Notes under the pieces: model-generated
The model's input: only the letters and a program-made list of their open reading frames with translations
What the model was told of the DNA's origin: nothing
The model's database searches: none
In this document: piece after piece, positions 48,344 to 58,084 of the stretch
How positions within the stretch are numbered: the first letter of the stretch is position 1
Layout: every line of letters starts with the position of its first letter
NCBI GenBank assembly: GCA_947507965.1
Contig: CANNQU010000004.1
Location: forward strand, 15,652-79,651
Direction of reading: 5' to 3'
DNA length: 64,000 nucleotides
Source of the DNA: Bacteroidota bacterium
GTDB taxonomy: Bacteria; Bacteroidota; Bacteroidia; UKL13-3
Made by a program: the position numbers and the translations under genes

Positions 48344-49417
48344 CTATTTTATTGTTATTTGTGTTTTTATGGGATAGTGATCGCTAAATTTTTTGGGTAT
48401 TATTTCGAAATTTTTCAGATCGAAACTCTGGCTGCCCATGATATAGTCGATTCTAAAGCTTGGGAAATCACCGGCATAACTCCTGCCTAGACCTATGCCG
48501 CCTTCAATAAAAGCATCTTTTAGCCCATCATTAATTTTAGCGTAAGCAAATGAAACGGGGGCATCGTTGAGGTCTCCACACACTATAACCTTGCCGGGGC
48601 TGTTTTTAATGGCTTCATGAACTAGTTTTGCTTGTTCTGCTCGCTGAATATAGGCCTCTCTCATTCGTGAGATAATAGATTTTGACTCATTTATAGTTTG
48701 ATCTCTATCATCACCAATATCTTTTAAAAAGTCGTAGTCTTTCTTTTTAAATCGAATGGATTGCAAATGCACGTCGAAAATTCGTACGTCTATACCGTCT
48801 ATTTCCACATCAATGAAGAGGGTGCTATTTCCGCTCGTTGTTGCATAGGGTATAACCCCTTTGTTTTTTATTGGATATTTCGAAAAAATAATGGTTCCAA
48901 CGCTATAGTTTTTATTGCCAGGATTCACCACATTAAAATATCGGAATTTTGTATGTAAAACCTCTGCCAATTTTTTCTCTACATTAATGTTCCAGTTACT
49001 ATTCGTACAGAACTCTTGCATACACAAAATATCGGGTTGCTCGTCGGCAATAAGGGTGATAATATCATCTCGCGAATTTTTGTTTTTGTCGAATCCAAAA
49101 TTCATCACATTATAGCTCATCACTTTTATTGCTTTCGTATCGGCGATTGATTTTTTATGATACTGAATGGTTCGACCGACAAAACTCCAGCCTGCAATAA
49201 TGGCCATAAGCGACATCATAAATTTTAGTTTGAGTTGAAAAGTCCACCAAAGAATGAGTAACAAATTTCCGAGTAGAATAAAAGGATAGGCCAGGCCAAA
49301 AAAGGCGGAGATGTAAAAGATTTCGGGATTGATATATATAGAGGAGTAACTTAAAAATAAGGCGGCGACAAACAACACATTGAACAGAAAGAATATAATA
49401 TTTAAAACTCTTCTCAC
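48344..49417 (-). CDS. Membrane-anchored endonuclease/exonuclease/phosphatase (EEP) family protein
   Basis: Three N-terminal TM helices followed by an EEP fold: VMSYNVMNF, ILCMQEF, catalytic D/N/H blocks (VIVCGDLND, SDHYPI at the C-terminus). Confidence 0.75.
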   Translation of the reverse strand: MRRVLNIIFFLFNVLFVAALFLSYSSIYINPEIFYISAFFGLAYPFILLGNLLLILWWTFQLKLKFMMSLMAIIAGWSFVGRTIQYHKKSIADTKAIKVMSYNVMNFGFDKNKNSRDDIITLIADEQPDILCMQEFCTNSNWNINVEKKLAEVLHTKFRYFNVVNPGNKNYSVGTIIFSKYPIKNKGVIPYATTSGNSTLFIDVEIDGIDVRIFDVHLQSIRFKKKDYDFLKDIGDDRDQTINESKSIISRMREAYIQRAEQAKLVHEAIKNSPGKVIVCGDLNDAPVSFAYAKINDGLKDAFIEGGIGLGRSYAGDFPSFRIDYIMGSQSFDLKNFEIIPKKFSDHYPIKTQITIK

Positions 49418-49471
49418 GACATCAAAGATAGCTATTTATTGATCCAGCCATCAGCTAATTTTGAAGGTGAT

Positions 49472-50818
49472 CTAGTGGTTTATATTTTTTAAAATTTGTA
49501 GCACCTGCTCATTGTTTGGCTCTATCTTAATGCGTTGTTCAATTAATGTATCCAGAATTTTATCGTTTATTTTTCCTTGTGCTAAGGCATTAGCGTATGG
49601 TTCTAAACTAAAGGTCACCAATTCGTACTGCGATTTAAAAAGGTGCCCATAATGTTCTGTTAGCTGGTGTTCAATTTTTTTACGATAGAGGAAGGCGGTA
49701 TCACCTACTTTGTCGCGCATCTCAATAAAATTTTGTTGTGCAAGGAAGGCGATAGCATCGGCATTGGGTTTGCGTAGCTTTTGGTATTCCTCAAAAATTT
49801 TAGTCCAGTCGTCGCCATAGTTTTCAATGCAATCATCTAATACGATACAATCTTCGAAGCTACAGTTCATCCCTTGTCCGTAAAAGGGTATTACGGCATG
49901 CGCAGCATCACCGATTAACGCAAGCTTATCCTGAAATACCCAAGGGAAGCATTTTACAGTAACCAAATTACCGACCGGGTTGACTTTAAAATTGTTTATG
50001 TAGTCAGGCATGAAGGGAACCGTGTCGGCAAAATTGGAGTTAAAAAAGGCTCGAATTTCCTCTTCGGTGTTAATGGCTGCAAAACTCGTTTCGCCCTCGA
50101 AGGGTAAGAACAACGTACACGTAAAGCTTTTATCGATATTGGGCAAAGCAATCATCATGAAACTGCCGCGGGGCCAAATATGTAAGCAGTTTTTATCGAA
50201 CGCGAATTCGTTGTTGGCGGTAGGAGGAATATGTAATTCTTTGTATCCATAATTTTCAAATTCCTGATCGTAATCAAAACGCTGAGAGAGCTGTAAATGG
50301 AGGCGTGTGGCAGCAAAAGCGCCATCCGATCCTATGAAGATATCGCTTTTTACTGTTGCTTTTTTTCCGTTTTCATCTTCAAAAACAGCTTCCGTGCAGG
50401 AGGTATTTAAATGAATACAACGCTGCCCGAAGTTTAGAGAAATGTTTTCATAATCGTCGGCCAGCTCAAGTAAACGAATATTTAATCCTCCTCGTGATAC
50501 GGAGTTGATAGCCTGCCCTTCTTTTCCATAAGGCTGGTAAGAAAGTTCACCCGTGACACGATGCATTAATCTCCCATTCATGGGTGTAGCGGTTTGTAAA
50601 ACAGCCTCATCTAACCCCACTTTTTTTAGGGCAGCAATCCCTCGGTTTGAAAGTGCCAGGTTGATGCTTTTGCCTTGATAGGAAGTCGAAATTCTGGGGT
50701 CAGGACGACGTTCATAAACGGAAATGTTATAGCCACGTTTTGCAAGGAATATAGCCAACAAAGAGCCGGATAGTCCACCACCGATAAGAGTTATATTTTT
50801 CATTTTTACAGAATGCAA
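49472..50818 (-). CDS. kmo: Kynurenine 3-monooxygenase (FAD-dependent)
   Basis: N-terminal FAD fold ITLIGGGLSGSLLAIFLAKRGYNISVYERRPDPR closely parallels bacterial KMO. Length is about 440 aa. There is a second FAD motif GDAAH. The likely start is the internal MKNITL. Confidence 0.8.
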   Translation of the reverse strand: MHSVKMKNITLIGGGLSGSLLAIFLAKRGYNISVYERRPDPRISTSYQGKSINLALSNRGIAALKKVGLDEAVLQTATPMNGRLMHRVTGELSYQPYGKEGQAINSVSRGGLNIRLLELADDYENISLNFGQRCIHLNTSCTEAVFEDENGKKATVKSDIFIGSDGAFAATRLHLQLSQRFDYDQEFENYGYKELHIPPTANNEFAFDKNCLHIWPRGSFMMIALPNIDKSFTCTLFLPFEGETSFAAINTEEEIRAFFNSNFADTVPFMPDYINNFKVNPVGNLVTVKCFPWVFQDKLALIGDAAHAVIPFYGQGMNCSFEDCIVLDDCIENYGDDWTKIFEEYQKLRKPNADAIAFLAQQNFIEMRDKVGDTAFLYRKKIEHQLTEHYGHLFKSQYELVTFSLEPYANALAQGKINDKILDTLIEQRIKIEPNNEQVLQILKNINH

Positions 50819-50901
50819 AAGTAATTAAAAGGCATATTAAAAAGCAGTACCGTTATTGATCTTTGGCAACAGAGAATAGGGAGCAGAAGGCCCATCACCA
50901 A

Positions 50902-53343
50902 TTACTCGTGAATATAAACTCGCTTAATTCGTTGCGAGAGCGCTGAAAGTATTTCATACGAAATTGTTTTTGCGTCGGCAGCTACCGTTGTTACTGGCAA
51001 GGCACCACCGAAGGCGATAACTTCATCTCCTTCACTGCAGGGGATATCGGTTATGTCCACCATGGCCATATCCATACAGATGCTTCCAATGATGGCTGCT
51101 CTTTTTCCATGAATTAGAAAACCGCCATTGCCATTTCCCAATGCTCGATTTAAGCCATCAGCATAGCCGATCGGTACGGTAGCAATGCGCCGGGCTTTAT
51201 CGGCAATATATCGACGGTTATAACTAACGCTATCGCCAGCAACGAGGTTTTTTATTTGGGAGATAGTAGATTTTAGTGTACTCGCAGGACGCAGCTGTGT
51301 CGTTAGCGTATCGGTAGGGTCGATGCCGTATAACCCAATGCCTAATCGTACCATATCAAACTGCGCAAGCTCCGCCCAACGGGTTATTCCTGACGAGTTT
51401 AGGATATGGCCTAATACCTCTGGATTTCTTGCTTTGACTTTTTCGAAGATTAGTTTAAACAATTCAATTTGTTGCAATGTAAACGCATCCTCTTTTTCAT
51501 CATCCGCAGAGGAGAGGTGAGAGAATACACTCTTTATTTTTATATGCGTGTTGCGATTTAAAAAAGTTAAAATGGCATCGGTTTCGTTAGCCTCAAAGCC
51601 AAGGCGGTGCATGCCTGTTTCAAACTCCAAATGCACCTCTATTTTTTCATTGGCAAAAAGTGCTAGATGATGTAATTGTGATAAAGAATAAACAGCAGGC
51701 TCCAAATGATAATGTACCAGTAATTCAAAACTTTTCTCCTCTGTATTCATTACCATAATAGGAAGTGTGACGCCTGCGTTTCTTAAAAGTACTCCTTCAT
51801 CGGCGTAGGCCACAGCCAAGTAGTCGGCTTTATGGAACTGAAGAAGAGAGGCAATTTCATTGCTTCCGCTCCCATAAGAAAAAGCTTTAACCATCACCAT
51901 CATTTTTGTTTTTTCATTTACCCGTTTTTTATACGTATGAAAATTATGTGCGATGGCGTCTAAATTAATTTCAAGGCATGTAGTATGGCGCTGTGCAGCA
52001 AGCGCTTGCGCTATCGCTTCGAACTGAAAGTTACGAGCCCCTTTTAGTAAAATTAAGCTGTTATTAAAGTGAATCGAATGGGATGTAATCGCACGAATAA
52101 AATCATGCGTTGTGGGGAAGAAAGAGGTGGGTAGAGAAAACGCATTACTATGTTTTGTTATTTCTGCACCAATGCCGATGAGTTCGGTAATCTCAAAGGC
52201 TTTCAAAAACTGTCCTACTTCATTATAAAGGGCCTCTGGGTTTTTACTGTTTTGCAGTAAATCAGACATGATGACAATTTTTTTCCCTTTATGCAATTGT
52301 TTATTCATAAACCCTAATGCATTTTTTAATGAACTAAGATCAGCATTGTAGGCATCATTTATAAGCACATTATTTTCATTGCCACGTTGTAAGGAAAGGC
52401 GCATTTCTACCGCTTGAAGCGTGAGCATGTGCTTGGCAATTTCGCTATTACTAATATTCAATAGCAAGCAAATCCCCAAACAGGTGATACTGTTTTCTAT
52501 TGAAGCATCATCGGTAAAAGGAATAGATAAAGTATATTCTACCTGATTATGAAGGTAAGATATTTTGGTTTGCAACGGCTCCGTTTCAATGCCTGAAATA
52601 TATAAAGAGGCGTCGTTATCTTCTTTGCTCCACGTGTAGGCTTGCTGTGCAGGATTTAAGTAACTCTTGTACCGATGGTTTAAAACGACGGTTTTACATT
52701 GTTCAAATAGTTTGAACTTTTCTTTTATTTTTTGATCGATGGATTCAAAACCTTCATTATGGGCATCGCCCAAGGTGGTAAAAACGCCCAAGGTAGGAGC
52801 AATAACTTTTTGAAGTTTCTGCATCTCGTTTGGCATTGAAATGCCTGCCTCAAAGATTCCGATGGTGTGCTCTGAATTTAAATGCCATACACTCAACGGA
52901 ACACCCACTTGTGAGTTATAACTTCCAGGACTTTTTAAAACGTTATATTCTTCCTCCAACAATACACTTAACCATTCTTTTACCATTGTTTTGCCATTGC
53001 TACCTGCTATGCCGATGACCGGAATTTTAAATTGTTGTCGATGAAAGGCTGCCATTTGCTGCAGTGCCAAGGTGGTATTTTGCACCAATAAGATATTCGA
53101 ATTAGGATAAGAAGATATGTCGATAACCTCATCAATAATAAAATTTCGCAGCCCTTTATGATAGGCGTCGTCAAAATAGTTATTACCGTTAAAATGCGCT
53201 CCACGCAGAGCGACAAAGAGACCATCATCTCCGGCATTAATTATTTGCCGACTATCAGTAAAGAGATGCTTTATTGAAAAATTATGATGCCGAGAAAGAA
53301 CCTGTGCGGTAGTAATTTCGGCTATTTTGGATAGGAGAAGCAT
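50902..53343 (-). CDS. murF: Bifunctional UDP-N-acetylmuramoyl-tripeptide--D-alanyl-D-alanine ligase (MurF) / alanine racemase (Alr) fusion
   Basis: N-terminal Mur ligase domains (GIAGSNGKTMVKEW P-loop; Mur ligase middle and C-terminal). C-terminal about 360 aa is a PLP alanine racemase (VMVKAFSYGSG lysine-PLP region, ...YGIDP...). 813 aa, consistent with the known Bacteroidetes fusion. Confidence 0.9.
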   Translation of the reverse strand: MLLLSKIAEITTAQVLSRHHNFSIKHLFTDSRQIINAGDDGLFVALRGAHFNGNNYFDDAYHKGLRNFIIDEVIDISSYPNSNILLVQNTTLALQQMAAFHRQQFKIPVIGIAGSNGKTMVKEWLSVLLEEEYNVLKSPGSYNSQVGVPLSVWHLNSEHTIGIFEAGISMPNEMQKLQKVIAPTLGVFTTLGDAHNEGFESIDQKIKEKFKLFEQCKTVVLNHRYKSYLNPAQQAYTWSKEDNDASLYISGIETEPLQTKISYLHNQVEYTLSIPFTDDASIENSITCLGICLLLNISNSEIAKHMLTLQAVEMRLSLQRGNENNVLINDAYNADLSSLKNALGFMNKQLHKGKKIVIMSDLLQNSKNPEALYNEVGQFLKAFEITELIGIGAEITKHSNAFSLPTSFFPTTHDFIRAITSHSIHFNNSLILLKGARNFQFEAIAQALAAQRHTTCLEINLDAIAHNFHTYKKRVNEKTKMMVMVKAFSYGSGSNEIASLLQFHKADYLAVAYADEGVLLRNAGVTLPIMVMNTEEKSFELLVHYHLEPAVYSLSQLHHLALFANEKIEVHLEFETGMHRLGFEANETDAILTFLNRNTHIKIKSVFSHLSSADDEKEDAFTLQQIELFKLIFEKVKARNPEVLGHILNSSGITRWAELAQFDMVRLGIGLYGIDPTDTLTTQLRPASTLKSTISQIKNLVAGDSVSYNRRYIADKARRIATVPIGYADGLNRALGNGNGGFLIHGKRAAIIGSICMDMAMVDITDIPCSEGDEVIAFGGALPVTTVAADAKTISYEILSALSQRIKRVYIHE

Positions 53344-53442
53344 GATAAAGCGAAAGTAGTAAATTATTATTTAAGGGTTAGCCGTTGGTGAATAAGGCAA
53401 TTGCCGTTATGACTCGTTTTTTGCTTTGTTATCGGCAATTTT

Positions 53443-54945
53443 TCACATCGACAAAATATCCTCGAGTACGTTTCGGTCATTGCTTAAGCGAGGCACTTTG
53501 TTTTGTCCACCAAGCTTACCTTTTTTATTCAACCAATTATAAAAGGTGCCTTTTGGCATTTTGTGAATTACCGGGGGTTTCATCGCGATATTATTATAAC
53601 GTTTGGCTTCATAATCGCTGTTTCGCTCTTTTAATGTATCATCTAAAACTTGGCTAAACAGAGTGAAGTTTTCGGGCTCTTTTTCAAATTCTATAAGCCA
53701 TTCGTGTCCCGCATCTTGGTTTTCTGAGAAATATTTTGGTGCCGCGGTATATTCTTTCACACAACAATCACTTGCATCGCAAGCCGCTTTAATGGCATGC
53801 TCCGCGTTCTCAATCATCAGCTCCTCACCAAAAGCATTGATAAACAAACGAGTACGTCCTGTAATTTTAATACGAAAAGGATTTAGTGATGTAAATCGAA
53901 CGGTATCACCAACGATATAACGCCACAATCCAGCGTTAGTACTTATTACGAGGGCATATACTTCATCCAATTTTACTTCCTCCAGGCTTAAAAGTTTAGG
54001 GTGTTCTTTTCCGTATTGATTGATCGGCATGAACTCATAATAAATATCGTAGTCGGGCATCAAAAACAATTCATCGGCAGTAGATAAGTCCTGCATTCCA
54101 AAAAAACCCTCACTCGCATTGTAGTTCTCTAAAAAATTAATAGGCTTCCCGGCTAATTTTAAAAACCTCTCCTTATAGGGTATAAAACCCACCCCGCCAT
54201 GGATATATAATTCAAGATTAGGCCATACCTCAGCAATTGTTTTGGCCCCCGTTGCTTGTAGTATTCTTTCCATTAAAACAATGGTCCAGGTAGGAACCCC
54301 GGTTATACTCGTTATATTTTCCTTAATGGTGGTTGATACGATTCGCTCTAATTTTTCTTCCCAGTTACTTAGCAAAGCGATATCATTTTTTGGTGCTCTT
54401 AAAATTTCTCCTAAGAAAGGCATGTTTTCCAGAAGTACAGCCGACAGATCACCAAAGAAAATATCTTCATTCATGTTATTTACTTGATGACTACCACCAA
54501 GAACCAACCCTTTTCCACTAAATATTTCCGTGTTTTCGAAACGACTACAATAATTTGTTAGTACATCTTTACCGGCGCGAAAATGGCATAATTCTAATGA
54601 TTCAAAACTCACCGGAATGAATTTGCTTTTATCGTTTGTCGTACCACTGCTTTTGGCGAACCATTTGATGTCGCTTCCCCATAATATATTTTGTTCTCCA
54701 CGCATCATTCGCTCGATATATGGATATAACGATTCGTAGGTATTGATAGGAATCTTCTCCCGAAAGCTAAATATGGTAGCACAGTTTTCGAAATCATATT
54801 TTCTTCCATATTCACTATCTTCGGCCGTCTTCAATAATTTCTTGCGAATATTTTCTTGTAACTCAGGGGCATGACTTTGCATATATTCCAACTGGCTGGA
54901 ACGTGTTTTAAAATACCAAGAGATGACCGAGTTAAAAATTGCCAT
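53443..54945 (-). CDS. GH3 (auxin-responsive promoter) family acyl-acid amido synthetase-like protein
   Basis: Adenylate-forming superfamily motifs. SSGTT P-loop equivalent FAKSSGTTNDKSKFIPV. YASSE-like NASEGFFG. C-terminal region PKGTFYNW...GQNKVPRL is characteristic of bacterial GH3-family proteins. The track ORF extends to 55014 (MDELSI...). The internal Met at 54945 (MAIFNSVISWYFKTR) matches the usual family N-terminus and is preferred. Confidence 0.75.
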   Translation of the reverse strand: MAIFNSVISWYFKTRSSQLEYMQSHAPELQENIRKKLLKTAEDSEYGRKYDFENCATIFSFREKIPINTYESLYPYIERMMRGEQNILWGSDIKWFAKSSGTTNDKSKFIPVSFESLELCHFRAGKDVLTNYCSRFENTEIFSGKGLVLGGSHQVNNMNEDIFFGDLSAVLLENMPFLGEILRAPKNDIALLSNWEEKLERIVSTTIKENITSITGVPTWTIVLMERILQATGAKTIAEVWPNLELYIHGGVGFIPYKERFLKLAGKPINFLENYNASEGFFGMQDLSTADELFLMPDYDIYYEFMPINQYGKEHPKLLSLEEVKLDEVYALVISTNAGLWRYIVGDTVRFTSLNPFRIKITGRTRLFINAFGEELMIENAEHAIKAACDASDCCVKEYTAAPKYFSENQDAGHEWLIEFEKEPENFTLFSQVLDDTLKERNSDYEAKRYNNIAMKPPVIHKMPKGTFYNWLNKKGKLGGQNKVPRLSNDRNVLEDILSM

Positions 54946-55070
54946 AAATAAATTCGGTATAAAAATAGTACTAAAAATTGATAATGAGGGATTGATAATG
55001 GACAATTCATCCAAAATGTATCAAACATGTAATTTGCTAATAACTGTTTACTCTTTATTACTTTTGCCAG

Positions 55071-56513
55071 ATGCAGCGCATTTTAAATTTTATTAACGGA
55101 GAATATATAGAGCCGATTTCAAAACAATATTTGAAGGGTTTTAATCCGGCTCTTGGTATGGTATATAGTGAAGTGCCGGATAGCGATGAGCGCGATGTGG
55201 AGCTTGCAGTAAGCGCTTCAAAAGAGGCACTTGCGAAATGGGGTAGCACTACTCAAGAGCAGCGCAGCGAAGTGTTGTTGCGTATTGCAAATGGTATTGA
55301 AGCTAGAATGGAAGAGTTTGCCTTGGCCGAAACCAACGACCAAGGGAAACCACTTTGGCTGAGTAAGGCGATGGATATTCCACGTGCGGTAAGCAATCTG
55401 AAATTTTACGCTAATGCAGCACTTCATTTAAATGGGGAGTTTCATCAAACCGACCAGCATATTTTTAATTATACGCTTCGGTCGCCGATAGGAGTTGTTG
55501 GTTGTATAAGTCCTTGGAATTTGCCTTTATATTTATTTACCTGGAAAATTGCACCGGCGCTGGCCATGGGTAATTGTGTGATAGCCAAGCCTTCGGAAAT
55601 AACGCCCATGACGGCATCGATGCTTGGTGAAGTGTGCAATGCGGCTGGATTACCCAAAGGTGTATTAAACATCATTCACGGGCTTGGTGCAAAAGTGGGG
55701 AGTGCGATGACGAAGCATTTCGATATAAAAGCAATTTCTTTTACTGGCGGCACAAAAACAGGAGCGGAGATTTCGCGTGTGGCTGCGCCTATGTTTAAGA
55801 AAATGAGTTTAGAGCTTGGAGGAAAAAACCCTAATCTTATTTTCGATGATTGCAATTTTGAGAAAACCGTAAAGATTAGTGTCGCAGCGGCATTCACCAA
55901 CCAGGGCGAAATTTGTTTGTGTGGATCAAGAATATTTATTCAGGACACCATTTATGAAAAATTTAAAAGTGCATTCATGGAAGAGGTGAAAAAACGTACC
56001 GTTGGCGATCCGTTGAACGACAGCTCGAAACTAGGCGCTATCGCATCCAAAGAGCATTTTGAAAAAATACTTTCGTATATAGCACTAGCAAAACAGGAGG
56101 GAGGTGAAATTATTTTAGGTGGTGGAGCTGTAATGGTGGAAGGAAGATGTCGACAGGGCTGGTTTATTGCACCTACCATTATTGAAGGGTTATCGTATGA
56201 TTGTCGTATTAATCAAGAAGAAATATTTGGACCGGTAGTAACCCTGGTACCGTTTACTACCGAAGCAGAAGTTATTATGATGGCCAATAGTACCCCATTT
56301 GGTTTAGCTAGCACGATTTTTACTGAAAATCTTTCGAGAGCTCACCGGGTAGCAGCTAAAATGGAAAGTGGTATTGTATGGATTAACTGTTGGCTAGAAC
56401 GCGATTTGCGTACTCCTTTCGGAGGAGTAAAACAAAGTGGTGTAGGTCGGGAAGGCGGCTTTGAGGCATTAAAGTTTTTTACTGAAGAGAAAAATGTATG
56501 TGTGAAGATTTAA
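55071..56513 (+). CDS. NAD(P)-dependent aldehyde dehydrogenase (possibly a 2-aminomuconate/2-hydroxymuconate semialdehyde dehydrogenase-type enzyme)
   Basis: 480 aa. Catalytic Cys region GEICLCGSRIFI. Glutamate LELGGKNP. Rossmann GxxxxG FTGGTKTG. C-terminal EEIFGPV. The substrate cannot be determined from sequence alone. Confidence 0.85.
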   Translation: MQRILNFINGEYIEPISKQYLKGFNPALGMVYSEVPDSDERDVELAVSASKEALAKWGSTTQEQRSEVLLRIANGIEARMEEFALAETNDQGKPLWLSKAMDIPRAVSNLKFYANAALHLNGEFHQTDQHIFNYTLRSPIGVVGCISPWNLPLYLFTWKIAPALAMGNCVIAKPSEITPMTASMLGEVCNAAGLPKGVLNIIHGLGAKVGSAMTKHFDIKAISFTGGTKTGAEISRVAAPMFKKMSLELGGKNPNLIFDDCNFEKTVKISVAAAFTNQGEICLCGSRIFIQDTIYEKFKSAFMEEVKKRTVGDPLNDSSKLGAIASKEHFEKILSYIALAKQEGGEIILGGGAVMVEGRCRQGWFIAPTIIEGLSYDCRINQEEIFGPVVTLVPFTTEAEVIMMANSTPFGLASTIFTENLSRAHRVAAKMESGIVWINCWLERDLRTPFGGVKQSGVGREGGFEALKFFTEEKNVCVKI

Positions 56514-56594
56514 GTATTTTCCTTTAAGAAAAAGGAGTTCAATTCTAAGAGCGAGGTGAACGTATAACTCGAGGTAAATAGTGGAGCCATTAAA

Positions 56595-56630
56595 ACAAAA
56601 AACCAGTAAGCGTGCTTACCGGTTTTTGTT
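56595..56630. terminator. Bidirectional rho-independent terminator between the convergent aldehyde dehydrogenase and recA genes
   Basis: Stem ccagtaagc / gcttaccgg (8 of 9 pairs) with loop gt. It is flanked by a5-7 upstream and ttttt downstream. Confidence 0.65.
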
Positions 56631-56653
56631 AGTCTAAATTAATACGTTATTCT

Positions 56654-57697
56654 TTATTCTACCTCTTGCTTCGTTTTGATGGTAGCTTGTGCTGCTGCAC
56701 GAATTTTATTCTCAATTTCAAGGCACATTTCTGGGTTGTCGTTAAGCATTTGTTTTACGGCATCACGTCCTTGTCCTATTTTTGTTTCATTATAGCTAAA
56801 CCAAGACCCAGCCTTTTTTATGATCTCGAAATCGACACCCAAATCCACAATCTCTCCAATTTTGCTTATCCCTTCGCCATAATTAATATCAAATTCCACC
56901 ACGCGAAAAGGAGGTGCTACTTTGTTTTTAGCTACTTTAACTTTCGTACGATTCCCTACTATTGCATCCCCATCTTTAATTTGCCCGATGCGGCGGATAT
57001 CCAACCGTACGGAAGCATAAAACTTCAGTGCATTACCACCGGTTGTTGTTTCAGGACTTCCGAACATTACCCCAATTTTATCACGTAACTGATTGATGAA
57101 GATACATACACAATTCGTTTTGTTAATGGAGCCCGTTAGTTTTCGCAAAGCCTGACTCATTAATCGGGCTTGCAACCCCATTTTGCTGTCGCCCATATCG
57201 CCTTCAATTTCAGCTTTCGGCACTAAAGCAGCTACCGAGTCGATTACAATAATGTCGATTGCGCCAGAGCGAATGAGATTATCGGCAATTTCTAATGCCT
57301 GCTCTCCGTTATCGGGTTGTGCAATTAATAAATTAGAGGTGTCTATTCCTAATTTTTCAGCATACGTTTTATCGAAAGCATGCTCTGCATCGATAAAAGC
57401 GGCCATGCCACCTTGTTTTTGGCACTCCGCAATGGCATGCATACTCAAGGTAGTTTTACCAGAACTTTCCGGACCGTAAATTTCAATTACCCGGCCCTTG
57501 GGCAATCCACCGACACCTAAAGCGATGTCCAGTCCAAGGGAGCCCGTAGGGATAACCTCTAGTGGTTCAATACGAGAATCGCTCATTCTCATTACCACTC
57601 CTTTACCATATTCTTTTTCCAGCTTTTCAATGGTGAGCTGTAAGGTTTTCAAACGTTCTTTAATGTCGTTTGATGCTTCTTTTGTTTCTTTTGCCAT
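56654..57697 (-). CDS. recA: Recombinase RecA
   Basis: Walker [11 protein letters not shown]1/L2 loop regions. Conserved [14 protein letters not shown]. Length 347 aa. Confidence 0.97.
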   Translation of the reverse strand: MAKETKEASNDIKERLKTLQLTIEKLEKEYGKGVVMRMSDSRIEPLEVIPTGSLGLDIALGVGGLPKGRVIEIYGPESSGKTTLSMHAIAECQKQGGMAAFIDAEHAFDKTYAEKLGIDTSNLLIAQPDNGEQALEIADNLIRSGAIDIIVIDSVAALVPKAEIEGDMGDSKMGLQARLMSQALRKLTGSINKTNCVCIFINQLRDKIGVMFGSPETTTGGNALKFYASVRLDIRRIGQIKDGDAIVGNRTKVKVAKNKVAPPFRVVEFDINYGEGISKIGEIVDLGVDFEIIKKAGSWFSYNETKIGQGRDAVKQMLNDNPEMCLEIENKIRAAAQATIKTKQEVE

Positions 57698-58054
57698 GAT
57701 AGAATAATATTAATAGTGTTTTTATTAGGTTGCAAAAATAGGAAGTATTATACCGCAAAAGTACCATGTTGAAAAATAGGTGCTAATTTTTTTAGCAGGT
57801 ATTTTTTGGTATCACGGGCGGTAAAAAGGGGTATCGAACGGCCTATAGAGGTAAACGTGATGCCTGTTTCGTCTTATAATCGTCATTCAATAACGTTGGA
57901 ATATTTTTCCACGATAATGGTTCCATTGACTAATGTTGGCCTTGGAGTGAATTGTAAATGGACGACTCAAGAATTACCAAGAGGAAGCTGATCAATGGTT
58001 AGATTTCAATTGAAGATGGAAGGGTTTTTAAATGATTACTATTCAAAATCTTCC

Positions 58055-58062
58055 TATATTTG
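58055..58062 (+). promoter_or_regulatory. Candidate Bacteroidetes sigma-A -7 element (TAnnTTTG) upstream of the S8 peptidase gene
   Basis: TATATTTG lies 22 bp upstream of the ATG at 58085. No clear -33 TTG partner was seen, so this is weak. Confidence 0.25.
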
Positions 58063-58084
58063 AAATTGTTTTAAAAAGCTATTT

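Noticed and set aside
57806-57991. 61-aa ORF in the recA / S8-peptidase intergenic region
   Set aside because: It has no ribosome-binding context, signal peptide or motif. It lies in the probable promoter/5' region of the large peptidase gene, so it is likely non-coding.
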